Below, in pieces: positions 11,535-23,991 of a stretch of 64,000 nt of DNA. The position numbers and the translations under genes are program-made. The notes beneath the pieces are model-generated. The model did not search any database. It saw nothing but the letters and a program-made list of their open reading frames with translations, and was not told the origin of the DNA. This DNA comes from a bacterium (lineage in GTDB: Bacteria; UBA8248): NCBI GenBank assembly GCA_965213685.1, contig CBDBZY010000064.1, forward strand, positions 800,001-864,000, read 5' to 3'. Each line of letters starts with the position of its first letter. Within the stretch, counting starts at the first letter, position 1.

Positions 11535-12445
11535 GGGAGTGTGAACTCAGTGGAGTGGACTGAAGTCTGGACTGGACTACTGGACTGGACCACTGGACTA
11601 CTGGAGCGGTGGACTGGATAGTACAGCTTTCGCAGTCAGCATCATAACCTGCATGGCATCATGTACAATAGTGGTTGATCTTCTGCAGACTTGTGGCCTC
11701 TCTTGCCAGTATGCTTGTGTAACACATCAACTTACCACTGGTTGCGTACCATGGTAGGCTTCTAGCATAGACAGCATGGACCTTGACCTTGGCGCAGGAT
11801 AACCAGAGTCATGAGCGTGAGTAGGCCTGAAGATAGTATTCCGGGAATAATGAATCAAGAATATTCCCAGAATAATCGGAAGAACACAGGGAAATATTCA
11901 TGACTACCATGGTAGTTTCCTCATCAGACTGGAGAGTGGGGACAAGAATACGACTATACCATGTGGCCTAGTTGAAAACAATGGCTCAGTGTCACCCACT
12001 CTGCAACAATATGTGAAGTGTCACTCATGGTTCAGTAAAACGATCACTACAATGTTCCCAACATGTGATACTATGTGCAAGTGTAACAAAGTAATGTACT
12101 TTGTGCAGTAAGCTTTGAGAACATGTAAAGAATAGGTATTGGGAATAATCTAAAGATTTGAAAGAATAATTCTGGGAATAAGGATAGAATAATGAGCCGA
12201 CTTTTGGGAATAATATCCTCAGGCCTAAGACCTCCCCTCCCCTTTTTCGCGCGCATGCGTGAACGGTCTGCGAGACTACCTGTACTGTTGGTGATATTTG
12301 GGAGGAGAAACGGTCAGCAGAGCTCTAACTATCACGGTGCTTATGATGTTGACTACGTAAAAGCTGTACTATATATCCAGCTCCAGTAGTCCAGTGGTCC
12401 AGTCCAGTGGTCCAGTCCAGACTCCAGTCCACTGTTCACACTCTC
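11535..12445. mobile_element. Non-autonomous TIR element with ~90-bp inverted ends built of (ctggact/ggaccact) sub-repeats
   Basis: Left end gggagtgtgaac..gtggactg..tagtacagcttt is the reverse complement of the right end aaagctgtacta..cagtccactgttcacactctc. Confidence 0.7.
11822..12227. mobile_element. Nested MITE-like element with TIR taggcctga(a/g)gata and internal gaataat repeats
   Basis: taggcctgaagatagtattcc at the left versus ggaataatatcctcaggccta at the right. Confidence 0.6.
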
Positions 12446-12823
12446 GTTTCATATATACATGCACTTGTTCCTAGTGCGACTACGAGACTGTGAACGCGGG
12501 CAACTACGAGACGGGGAAAGACACGTCTTCATGGGCAGCGCTGTTCACAGTGCCCGTCCACCCGTTCGCTCCCGAGGTTGGAGTCCGCTGTAAAGATCAA
12601 AGGATAATAGAGCACGCTAGGCATAATAGAGCACTCCTGTTAACTTTGATCTTAGACGGCTTCGTGCTCTATGGCGTATAGAGCACGGCGGCGCACTTTG
12701 ATGTTAGATGGTTTCGTACACTAAATCTATATGAAAGTGTCTTGTTTGTCTTTCATTTTCCAGCAGCATATAGAACGATTTCTAATAGCAAAATTCAGTA
12801 GTATTGCAGCAGATAGCGTAGCA

Positions 12824-14650
12824 ATGGGCATGCCAGTTATAATATTGGTTGTATGCTACTCTTTCACAGTTGGTGCATTTGACAAGTCTTGGCTATACTC
12901 TGTTGTTGACAACAACTGCAGTTCTTCCCTTCATATCAGTTTGTCAGGTGAACAGAATTCAGAAAGCAGCACTACCCGAGAAAATGAATCTAACAACAGT
13001 CACCTGCTTCCCAATGAGTGTCCTCCATGGTACTACATGTCAGCAGGTGATGGGTGTGTTGTAGGTGATTATCTGAAGGGCAGAGTTCATTGGAATAAGC
13101 ACACTATGCAGACATCATTACAACATCTGTACTGTATGACAACTGCTGCAAACACCAACATGACCATCGTTGGTGGTTGCATGTTTTCTGCTGTGTATCT
13201 AAGTCACCCCTATGTGCCTCTCCCTTGTAACACCTCAGAGTTGAATGATTACACGTGTGCTGGTCTCAACAGGGAAGGTCAGCTCTGTGGTAAGTGTAAA
13301 GATGGATTTGCTCCATCAGTGTACTCTTATTCAATGCGGTGTGTCCGCTGTGCAGATTACAAACTTAACTGGGCTAAATATTTAGTTGTTGCTTTTGTAC
13401 CACTAACTGCATTTTTCATCTTTGTTTCAACATGTCACATTAGTCCCACCTCTTCTTACCTGCATGGGCTTGTGTATTTCAGTCATATCATTTGTCTACC
13501 ATTTATAAGCCGTATGTTTGTTTTACTGGAAGAATTTTACAATGTGTCTTACCTGCAAAGTAGAATAGCTGACATTTACTTTTCCTTGTTTGGTGTATGG
13601 AATCTGGACTTTTTCCGTTATCTCTATGAGCCTTTTTGTATCCATCCACACATGACAACTTTACAAGCTCTAGCACTGGACTACCTTATTGCTTCATATC
13701 CACTACTCTTACTACTATTGACCTATATCTTAGTACAACTTGAGAGAAGGAGCTTTAGACCATTAGAAATGGTGTGTAAACCTTTGAAGCACATATTGAG
13801 ATCAATCAAATGCAAGATCAATAATAAGTCTTTAGTTGATTCATTTGCAACAATTATGTTACTCTCAGCCATCAAGTTTCAAAGTACAACGTTTGACCTC
13901 TTGATGCCAATAAGAATATACAACATGAATGGATCTTCAGATAGTGAAGTGTACCTGTTCATGGCTGGAGATGTGAAGTACTTTGGACCAGAACACTTAC
14001 CCTATGCCATTACTGCAATTGTTGTCCTCATATGCTTGATAATTAGCCCAGCTCTCCTCTTGTTTCTCTATCCTTGCCACTGCTGTCAAATCTTTCTAAA
14101 CAAGTTTCACTGTAATTCTCAAGTACTACGTACTTTCATGGATGTCTTTCAAGGAAACTACAAGGATGGTACAAACAACACTAGAGATTGTAGATATTTT
14201 GCAGGCATATTTTTTGTGTCCAGAACCCTTATAGTACTTGCAATCATTTGCCTTAATTCCTTATACATTGAAACAATATTTGGCTTTGTGTTTCTTCTTC
14301 TGGGTCTGTGTGTGGCTGTGATACATCCACAAAAGTCACATGTTCACTACACAATAGACATGCTGTACATATCAATTATTCCGGCAGTATTTTTCGTAGC
14401 AAATGCAAAGAACGTACATTACTCAGATCAGAGTGTAAATGGCTTCATATTTCATGCTCTAGGTCTCATAATCCTTGCTCTTCCTTTATTGTACATGATT
14501 GGACTTACCATTATCTGGGTGTTGTACCTGATCAGGAAGGTATTACCACAAAGGTCACTGAGAAATTGTTTGGAGAGAATACTGAAGTACATAAAGAGTG
14601 CTGGTCAACCACAAACTGAAGAGCACAGACGCTTGATTGCCATACCCTGA
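12824..14650 (+). CDS. Multi-pass membrane protein with signal peptide and Cys-rich ectodomain, single coding exon (~608 aa; intact copy)
   Basis: MGMPVIILVVCYSFTVGA is signal-like. Ectodomain CPPWY...C...GGC...PLPC...CAGLNREGQLCGKCKDG...CVRC is followed by 7 or more hydrophobic segments, with LWNLDFFR-like and FQGNYKD motifs. This resembles an expanded uncharacterised family seen in sponges. Confidence 0.8.
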   Translation: MGMPVIILVVCYSFTVGAFDKSWLYSVVDNNCSSSLHISLSGEQNSESSTTRENESNNSHLLPNECPPWYYMSAGDGCVVGDYLKGRVHWNKHTMQTSLQHLYCMTTAANTNMTIVGGCMFSAVYLSHPYVPLPCNTSELNDYTCAGLNREGQLCGKCKDGFAPSVYSYSMRCVRCADYKLNWAKYLVVAFVPLTAFFIFVSTCHISPTSSYLHGLVYFSHIICLPFISRMFVLLEEFYNVSYLQSRIADIYFSLFGVWNLDFFRYLYEPFCIHPHMTTLQALALDYLIASYPLLLLLLTYILVQLERRSFRPLEMVCKPLKHILRSIKCKINNKSLVDSFATIMLLSAIKFQSTTFDLLMPIRIYNMNGSSDSEVYLFMAGDVKYFGPEHLPYAITAIVVLICLIISPALLLFLYPCHCCQIFLNKFHCNSQVLRTFMDVFQGNYKDGTNNTRDCRYFAGIFFVSRTLIVLAIICLNSLYIETIFGFVFLLLGLCVAVIHPQKSHVHYTIDMLYISIIPAVFFVANAKNVHYSDQSVNGFIFHALGLIILALPLLYMIGLTIIWVLYLIRKVLPQRSLRNCLERILKYIKSAGQPQTEEHRRLIAIP

Positions 14651-15988
14651 AATTTTGCAGCACCATTTGACTGTGAATTGAGCAGCACTTCAAGATTAAG
14701 AAACACTTTCTGGCATTGATTTGTATGTTGAATACTACTGTACAAGGAAATATTTACTCTTTGAAGAAAATGTTCGATTTGTATGCTGAATACTACTGTA
14801 AAAGCAATAACTATTTTGCTTTCAAAAAACACTTTCTGGTATTGATTTGTATGTTGACTACTACTGTAAAAGGTACAGCAATATTTGTATTCTTAACAAA
14901 TATGATGTGCAGCAAATTGACGGGAGCTACCCAAAATAATTCCCAAACCACCTTGGTTCATTATTGCCAGCAACCACGATCCATAATCTGGCCATGCCAT
15001 AGAGTTACCCTGAAAGGTATTGTTATACAGTACGTATAACTTTGTCTGTAATGCATGCCTCCTTGCCTGGTGTTGGGCACACTGTCTGACCACCTGTGTA
15101 CATCAAGCACACCCATGCATGAGAGATAGACATAAAGCATGTTGTGAAAGCAGTTTGAAATGCCTATGTTGTCAACGACTTCAAGTTCATATTTCTCTAT
15201 GTTTTGTACATGAGTCTGAGGTTATACATTATTGTTATCACTTTCAGACAAGCTATAGATTACATCATTCTGAATCATAAACCCTAGAAGTATGTAAACA
15301 ATCAGTGTTACCAGAAGCACTTCAGGTTGATTTGTGAAGGTATTACAAGAAGAGGTTGGCCATATTAGGTATTTGTAATGTGAAGTTGGGGGGGGGGGCT
15401 GTTTCCTGTTGTGCTCAGTTTTTCACTGTGGTACAGGAATAACCAACCATTTTACACAGACGTTTGTGGGATATGACCTCAGATTTGTAGCTTTACAAAC
15501 AAATGCAGATGTATGTGAGAACAACAATAACAACATGCACCCTCCCCCTCTGGCCATAGGTAGTCATGCATGTGGACCATGGCCTCCTTGATGTAGCATG
15601 CTAGTATACACTATCGAATCTCCTGAGCACCACATGCATGTAAACAGTGGTGCAGGTGTTGTCCAAACCCATGTGTTGTTTACATTGTCCTCTCTTAGAT
15701 GACTTCAAATTTGTTTCCATCATGTCTTCTACATAAATCTGAGAATGTAAATTGTTATCACTTTCAGAAATCCTATAGGCTATGTCATTCTGAATCACAA
15801 ACGCTAAGTGTGTAAACCCACACGATCAATGTTGTCAGAAGCTCTTCAGATTGTTTGTGAAGGTGTGACAATGAGGTTAGCCATATTACGTCATCAGTGA
15901 TGGGGAGGTAGGAAGTTGTTTCCTTTTGCTTGGCCTTCACAGCAGTACAGGAACAGCTGGCTATTTTCATTGCTACTACTCAGAGCAC

Positions 15989-16112
15989 GTACTTTATGGG
16001 ATATAGTGTACTTGGATTGCGTCTCCGGCGAGGCCTAATATAGCACTCGGCTTCGCCTCATGCTTTATTAGCCTCTCGACGCATTCCTCGTACACTATAT
16101 CCCATAAAGTAC
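15989..16112. repeat. 124-bp palindromic (fold-back) element
   Basis: gtactttatgggatatagtgtac and gtacactatatcccataaagtac form perfect 23-bp outer arms. The inner stem is imperfect and centred on ctcggcttcgcctc. Confidence 0.85.
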
Positions 16113-16139
16113 TCGGACGGGTACTCTAACTAGTATATA

Positions 16140-17680
16140 ACAACTTAAGTTTCCTTTGCAGCTTGTACCAACGGAAACTTTCCGCGTAATGAAAGCTGCA
16201 AAGTTGGCTATATGCAGTGCGAGTAATCACTTTTTCTATGAGTAGACTATAGATACTGTAAACGTCCAAATTGCAGCGCCACTCAATACTAAGCGCCACC
16301 TAGAGTACCTAATAGTAGCGATATTTTTTCGGTGGCGCTTAGTAAATAGACACACGTGGCAATTTTGGATCGCTACTTCAAGCCAGTAGGCCTAACTCTG
16401 ATGCCACTGTATCTCACAGCAGACCTTTTGCTGGGGCTTCCGGTGGTGGATCATCTCTAATGTGTTTAACTTCACTGCCACTAAGAGGAGAGTTTCCAGA
16501 TCTCGTAAACATCCCAGAAGCAGCCGTGGTTCGTTCCGAAGGAAGCGCCACCTGGAGAGGACAGATTTTACGCAGCGTCGGGGCGAATTTTTTTTTTCTG
16601 GCGAACGTTTACGGTATTGGGGACACGTCACCAATAATGAACTACGAAAAGGGCAAAGGCCACTGACTGGGGAGCTAACAATATCTTGTGCTCTACCATA
16701 ACGTAGAGACCTGTGTACCTTCGGGCAGCTGATGTCTTACTTTCATTTGCAAATTGAAAACTTGTTCAGAGGGGTAGGAAAAGGGGGGCCGGGGGATTTG
16801 CCCCCCCCACTTTTTGCCAACAATTTCTTGTTGTCAGAAATGCCTCTGCATAGCACTATCTATTTCAATAAATGTTTTCACCATTTATTCGCAATACAAG
16901 GAAAATGTTTCTCAGTGTTTGCCCCCCCACTTCTTTAATGCCCATTACCCCTCTGTTGTTAGAGCACTTCCTATAGTAAGATACCCGTAGTCTCGCGGAG
17001 CCATACTAAGATACCCTAGCCTCAGCACTTGGTTACTGAGGGCGTATTCTCGCGCATGCGCACAAGGGAGAAATGCTCGATGTGGTGCGGTCCTCGTCGC
17101 TGTTTCAAGTCGGGTGGCCAGTGAACAACCAGTATAGCGCATAGTAGGTAAGTAGAAGTGAACTGACGTATGTTTGGGCCTTTTGCTTACCTTGTTTCAA
17201 TTTTTTGCCACTTTTAGCGCTTTAATAAGAACAAGCGCCGATTCGTGGACGCTGCACGACACTGACCTACTCTGAGTGTTCTTGGAGAGGATGTGCCCTT
17301 AGCGCAACGATCAAGGATCAGTAAGGCAATGGCTATTTTACTGCCATACGCAAATGTGCCCAGAGGTCTGTACGTTCATCACATTTGTATATACCTGTAA
17401 CAGGTGCACTGCTAGTGCGATATGTTGTAATTTGGAGTATGTGCATAACAGTAGTACATAGCACACTGTGGTCAGTGAGGTGGGGAAGATGCTTCTAGCT
17501 CCCATGCATGGTACTGGTGGTGTTTGGCAGCTGTGCCCCTACAGCTACACCGCCCTGCCTGTATTGCACCGGGAAATTGTTGTGGCTTTGTTACCTGTGT
17601 CTTGTAGTGGTACAGGGTGGGAAGCTTTGACCTGCCCAGTTCTCACTTTGCTGTACCTGGCTTCCACTTTCCACAGACAA
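16140..17680 (+). repeat. Direct repeat block B, copy 1 (copy 2 at ~20668-21945)
   Basis: taagtttc..tttgcagcttgtaccaacggaaact ... ctggcttccac..cagaca is collinear in both copies and more diverged than the inverted arms. CpG-rich and contains gcgcatgcgc. Confidence 0.88.
16767..16955. mobile_element. 189-bp MITE with 10-bp TIR (cagaggggta) and 5-bp TSD TTGTT
   Basis: ttgtt|cagaggggta...tacccctctg|ttgtt. The paralogous empty site aacttgttacagca lies at ~21281-21294. Confidence 0.9.
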
Positions 17681-18739
17681 CTATTTCAATGTGGTATTCA
17701 GAGAATTTGGTAGTGTAGTATGCTACGTAAGTCAAAGAGGCATTGATGGATATGCACAACTACCTGTGGTCAGAGGAGGAGCTGCATGTTGTCTTTGTTG
17801 TTCTCACATATACATCACTTGTTTGTAGTGCTACAAATCTAAGGTCATATCCCATGGAAGTTTGTGCTCTGTGTATATAGTAGCAGCTGCATGGCTGTAT
17901 CTGTTCTGCTGTGAAGGCCAATGAAAAGGAAACAACTTCCTTCCTTCCCATCACAGATGATGTAATATGGCTAACCTCATCGTCACACCTTCACAATCAA
18001 TCTGAAGAGCTTCTGACAACATTGATCGTGTGGGATTACACACTTAGTGTTTGTGATTCAGTATGACGTAGCCTAGAAAGTGATAACAATAATTTACATT
18101 CTCAGATTTATGTGGAAAACATGATGGAAACATAAACTTGAAGTCATCTAAGAGAGGACAATGTAAACAACACATGGGTTTGAACAACACCTGCACAAAT
18201 GTTTACATGTGGTGCTCAGGAGATTCGATAGTGTATACTAGCATGCTACATCAAGGAGGCCATGGTCCACATGCATGACTACCTATGGCCAGAGGGGGAG
18301 GGTGCATGGATGTGTTTGATGTACACAGGTGGTCAGACAGTGTGCCCAACACCAGGCAAGGAGGCATGTATTACAGACTAAGTTATACGTACTGTATAGC
18401 AATACCTTTCAGGGTAACTCTATGGCATGGCCAGATTGTGGATCGTGTGGTTGCTGGCAATAATGTGGTTTGGGAATTATTTAGGGTAGCTCCCATCAAT
18501 TTGCTGCACATCATATTTATTAAGAATACAGTAGTATTCAACATACAAATCAATACCACAAGTGTTTTTGAAAGCAAAGTATTGTCTTTTACAGTAGTAT
18601 TCAGCATACAAATCGAAAATTTTCTTGAAAGAGTAAATATTTCCTTGTACAGTAGTATTCAACATACAAATCAATGCCAGAAAGTGTTTCTTAATCTTGA
18701 AGTGCTGCTCAATTCACAGTCAAATGGTGCTGCAAAATT

Positions 18740-20565
18740 TCAGGGTATGGCAATCAAGCGTCTGTGCTCTTCAGTTTGTGGTTGACCAGCACTCTTTATG
18801 TACTTCAGTATTCTCTCCAAACAATTTCTCAGTGACCTTTGTGGTAATACCTTCCTGATCAGGTACAACACCCAGATAATGGTAAGTCCAATCATGTACA
18901 ATAAAGGAAGAGCAAGGATTATGAGACCTAGAGCATGAAATATGAAGCCATTTACACTCTGATCTGAGTAATGTACATTCTTTGCATTTGCTACGAAAAA
19001 TACTGCCGGAATAATTGATATGTACAGCATATCTATTGTGTAGTGAACATGTGACTTTTGTGGATGCATCACAGCCACACTCAGACCCAGAAGAAGAAAC
19101 ACAAAGCCAAATATTGTTTCGATGTATAAGGAATTAAGGCAAATGATTGCAAGTACTATAAGGGTTCTGGACACAAAAAATATGCCTGCGAAGTATCTGC
19201 AATCTCTAGTGTGTTTGTACCATCCTTGTAGTTTCCTTGGAAGACATCCATGAAAGTACGTAGCACTTGAGAATTACAGTGAAACTTGTTTAGAAAGATT
19301 TGACAGCAGTGGCAAGGATAGAGAAACAAGAGGAGAGCTGGGCTAATTATCAAGCATATGAGGACAACAATTGCAGTAATGGCATAGGGTAAGTGTTCTG
19401 GTCCAAAGTACTTCACATCTCCAGCCATGAACAGGTATACTTCACTATCTGAAGATCCATTCATGTTGTATATTCTTATTGGCATCAAGAGGTCAAACGT
19501 TGTACTTTGAAATTTGATGGCTGAGAGTAACATAATTGTTGCAAATGAATCAACTAAAGACTTATTATTGATCTTGCATTTGATTGATCTCAATATGTGC
19601 TTCAAAGGTTTACACACCATTTCTAATGGTCTAAAGCTCCTTCTCTCAAGTTGTACTAAGATATAGGTCAATAGTAGTAAGAGTAGTGGATATGAAGCAA
19701 TAAGGTAGTCCAGTGCTAGAGCTTGTAAAGTTGTCATGTGTGGATGGATACAAAAAGGCTCATAGAGATAACGGAAAAAGTCCAGATTCCATACACCAAA
19801 CAAGGAAAAGTAAATGTCAGCTATTCTACCTTGCGGGTAAGACACATTGTAAAATTCTTCCAGTAAAACAAACATACGGCTTATAAATGGTAGACAAATG
19901 ATATGACTGAAATACACAAGCCCATGCAGGTACGAAGAGGTGGGACTAATGTGACATGTTGAAACAAAGATGAAAAATGCAGTTAGTGGTACAAAAGCAA
20001 CAACTAAATATTTAGCCCAGTTAAGTTTGTAATCTGTACAGCGGACACACTGCATTGAATAAGAGTACACTGATGGAGCAAATCCATCTTTACACTTACC
20101 ACAGAGCTGACCTTCCCTGTTGAGACCAGCACATGTGTAATCATTCAACTCTGAGGTGTTACAAGGGAGAGGCACATAGGGGTGACTTAGATACACAGCA
20201 GAAAACATGCAACCACCAACGATGGTCATGTTGGTGCTTGCAGCAGTTGTCATACAGTACAGATGTTGTACTGATGTCTGCATAGTGTGCTTATTCCAAT
20301 GAACTCTGCCCTTCAGAGAATCACCTACAACACACCCATCACCTGCTGACATGTAGTACCATGGAGGACACTCATTGGGAAGCAGGTGACTGTTGTTAGA
20401 TTCATTTTCTCGGGTAGTGCTGCTTTCTGAATTCTGTTCACCTGACAAACTGATATGAAGGGAAGAACTGCAGTTGCTGTCAACAACAGAGTATAGCCAA
20501 GACTTGTCAAATGCACCAACTGTGAAAGAGTAGCATACAACCAATATTATAACTGGCATGCCCAT
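18740..20565 (-). pseudogene. Second copy of the Cys-rich multi-pass membrane protein gene with a 1-nt frameshift near 19213
   Basis: Nearly identical to 12824-14650, but acaaacaacactaga reads acaaacacactaga, splitting the gene into ORFs 19156-20646 and 18740-19174. Confidence 0.8.
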
Positions 20566-20667
20566 TGCTACGCTATCTGCTGCAATACTACTGAATTTGC
20601 TATTAGAAATCGTTCTATATGCTGCTGGAAAGTGAAAGACAAACAAGACACTTTCTTATAGATATAT

Positions 20668-21945
20668 TAACTAAGTTTCTTTTGCAGCTTGTACCAACGG
20701 AAACTTACCACGTAATGAAAGCTGCAAGCTGGTCATGCAAGGACAATGTTGGCTAGACGCAGTGCGAGTAATCACTTTATCTATGAGTAGACTATAAACG
20801 TCCCAATTACATGTACAGCGCCACTCAATACTAAGCGCCACTTCTACTCAAATAGTAGCGTTATTTTTTGGTGGCGCTTAGTAAATAGACACACGTGTCA
20901 ATATGGCTATTTTGGATCGCTACTTCAAAGCCAGTAACTCTCACTGACGCCATTGCATCTCACAGCAGACCTGTTGCTGGGGCTGCCGCTGGTGGATCAT
21001 CTCTAAAGTGTTTAGCTGCCACTAAGAGGAGAGTTTCCAGACCTCGTAAACATCCCAGATCCAGCCGCGGTTCAAAGTAGATTCGTTCTGAAGGTAGCGC
21101 CAGGGTGAAATGTAATTAATTTTCTGGCGAACGGTATTTTAGGGACTCGTCACCATGATCACTACGAAAAGAGCAAAGGCCAATAACTGTAGGGCTAACG
21201 ACACATATTGTGCTCTACCATAACCTTAAGACCTCTGTAGCTTCGGGCAGCTGATGTCTCACTTTCATTTACAAATTGGGAACTTGTTACAGCAGTACGC
21301 TACGGCGTATTCTTGCGCATGCGCACAAGAGCAATGCTCAATGTGGTGCGGTCTTCGTCGACGTTGTTTTCGGGTGGCCAGTGGGCAACCAGTACAGCAC
21401 ATAGTAGGTAGGTAGAAGCGAACTGAGGTATGTTTGGGCCTTTTGTGTACTTTGCTTCAATTTTTTGCCACTTGTAGCGTCTTAGTAAGAACAAGCGCCG
21501 ATTCGTGGACGCTGCACCACGTGTTCTTGGAAAGGATGTGCCCTTAGCGCAACAATCAAGGATCAGGTTAGTTTTTACCATGCGCAAATGTGTATCCCAG
21601 AAGTCTGTACGTTCATCACCTTTGAGTGCTTAGTACATGTAGCAGGTGCACTGCAAGTGCGATATGCTAATAGTGTATGTAATTTGGGGTATGTGTGTAA
21701 CTTAAGTACATAGCACACTGTGGTCAGTGAGTTGGGGAAGATGCTTCTAGCTCTCATGCACGGGGGTACTGGCGGTGTACGGAGTAGCTTTGGCAGCTGT
21801 GCCCCTACAGCTACACCTCCCTGCCTGTATGGCACTGGGAAATTGCTGTGGCTTTGTTGCCTGTGTCTTGTAGTGCTACAGGGTGGGAAGCTCTGACCCG
21901 CCCAGTTCTCACTTTGCTGTACCTGGCTTCCACCCTCCGCAGACA
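20668..21945 (+). repeat. Direct repeat block B, copy 2
   Basis: Collinear with 16140-17680 but lacks the MITE insertion. Confidence 0.88.
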
Positions 21946-23991
21946 GCCAGGGAGGGCCTTATGGTCAAGGATGAGGTTGCTGAGATCTCCTTTTTTTCCT
22001 ATTACGTGTTAAACAGTTCTCCTTAGTTGTACTCCTTGCTTTTGAAGTTTGCGTATCTGTTCAGGGAGTTTTCCATTATGAACGTGTCACTGATACACAA
22101 AAGCACTGAGATACAAAAGTATTGAGATACAAAAGAGAAAGTTGCACACAAACATTTTCCTAGCATGTGCTAATGCTGTGCATTGTTATGTATCGACATC
22201 AGTTCGGGCAATGCAGGCTTGTCACATACATGTACATGTAGTTGGAGTATACAAACAAACTAGTTAATGTATCAATTATTCATGTATTATCGAAGATTTC
22301 CAGTTTCTGTAGTTTGTATGCTCAGTTATGTGCTGTACAGACTACTACATCTTGTGCTGTTTTTATCACCTCTCAGCACATTTTTTTGCAAGCTCCTCTC
22401 GTGATGGACAGTTGTACATCCAATAGTCTCACTGTATTCTGTGGCAAAGAGAGAAGGTTTTAGTGGTGCTATTATTGTTACATTGTAGTTCTGGACTCAA
22501 CTGGTGAGTTTGCCTGTATTGCTCCTGTACTGTCCTCTCTTGTCACATATCACTGTTACGTAGTGTATGATAGTGGGTTTTAATGCGTTCACATATCTTC
22601 TTCATATCTAAACATCATCACTTGTCCTGCCTGTAGTGGACAGACACAGAATGTGCTAATACCATACTCGCTCGTTAGGTGCATACACTTGTATCTCCAC
22701 TGGAAGAAAACCAGCGCTTAACAACGAGATGCACTTCAATTCGAGAGCAATTATAATTAGTACACTTTTGGTGCACTTTTTTTAGAATACCGCGTGGAAA
22801 GCCGTCTAGCGTTAAACGGTCAATTAAAAGGAACATGGACTAGATGGAGGCTGAACGGGGAATGAACGGGAATGGGCTCCCCGTTGAACAGACAGTTTAT
22901 GGAAAGTTATGTTTGACACCTACTGTATATGTACAGACTCTTCAGTACTTCAGCTATATCAGGTGGCTGTCACTTTCCAGGGATAAGTTTAATGTCAGTG
23001 TAGATGACATCTATCGCCTGTATCATATCTTTATACATGACGACTTTCCTTCCCTCTCTCCCCTTTCACTGCTTCCACATCTCACTGTGTGTTCCCACCA
23101 GCCATTCAAGTTCCACCTCTTTGCCACTCACCTCCACCACCTTGCCAATTAGGGGTCTACCCTGGTACTTCTCCAGGTTGACGGCAACCAGCATTCCCAC
23201 CTTAGCAACCCACACATTTACATGACAATGAAGAATTGTATACATCACATAATTAACACAAAATCCATGCACTTAAATTCTGGGTGTGTGTTGGCTGCTG
23301 CATGAAGTTTCTAAGAACCTCTTGGTTCTAGGCAATATTGAGCTCCCTTTCCACCTCATATGAACACATGCTACCATCTTTTGTCCTGCCAATCTTTTCT
23401 AACTGCCACTGGAAGATATCACCTTTCTGAAGGCATACTTAATGGTGCAGAAAGGTTTAAAAGTATCCACTGTTTGCCTTGACTATGCATACCTGTAGTA
23501 GTTCAATGAAAACCTTTCCATTGACCGGCATGGGTAACTCAGTCTCCCCACTTGTGTGATTAGATTTCTCTGCAGTAGGACCCTAGCAAATATCTCATCT
23601 GCATCTGAGGAGTTGGGAGTTGTGATTCATGATTAACACTATAGTATTTGTAGGTAGGTATTTGAATGTACATGTATATTATTGTCATTACTGTTAAAGT
23701 TCACTTCAAGAAAGATTCCAACCTCCTTCCCATAGAGCAGAATTGAGATGATGTCCCTAGGAAAGTTTGCATAAGATTTACATGTTTGTACACAATATAC
23801 ATGTATTTCACTTACCCTGATTCGTGACATGTTGATGCAGGTGTACGTGTGGTTAATGGGTGTTGGGAAAGGGTACTGGGTGCAGGTGGACATTGTTGGC
23901 AAGGAAAAACCTGTGCTATGGATGCACCCTGCTCAGGTTGGTACTGGAGGGTGATACTGTGAAGGGGTAGGAGGATGGGGGTGACTGTTGC

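Larger units (their letters stand above)
12728..20662. repeat. Inverted segmental duplication: ~12728-15110 plus ~15535-15980 mirrored by ~20662-17870
   Basis: Near-identical reverse-complement sequence across the CDS, 3' region and downstream non-coding DNA. The block at ~15110-15535 has no counterpart at the same position in the right arm. Confidence 0.92.

Noticed and set aside
22900-23280. Short ORF VGMLVAVNLEKYQGRPLIGKVVEV..LEWL as a gene
   Set aside because: It looks protein-like (possibly a transposon accessory remnant) but is short and interrupted, and I cannot assign a family.
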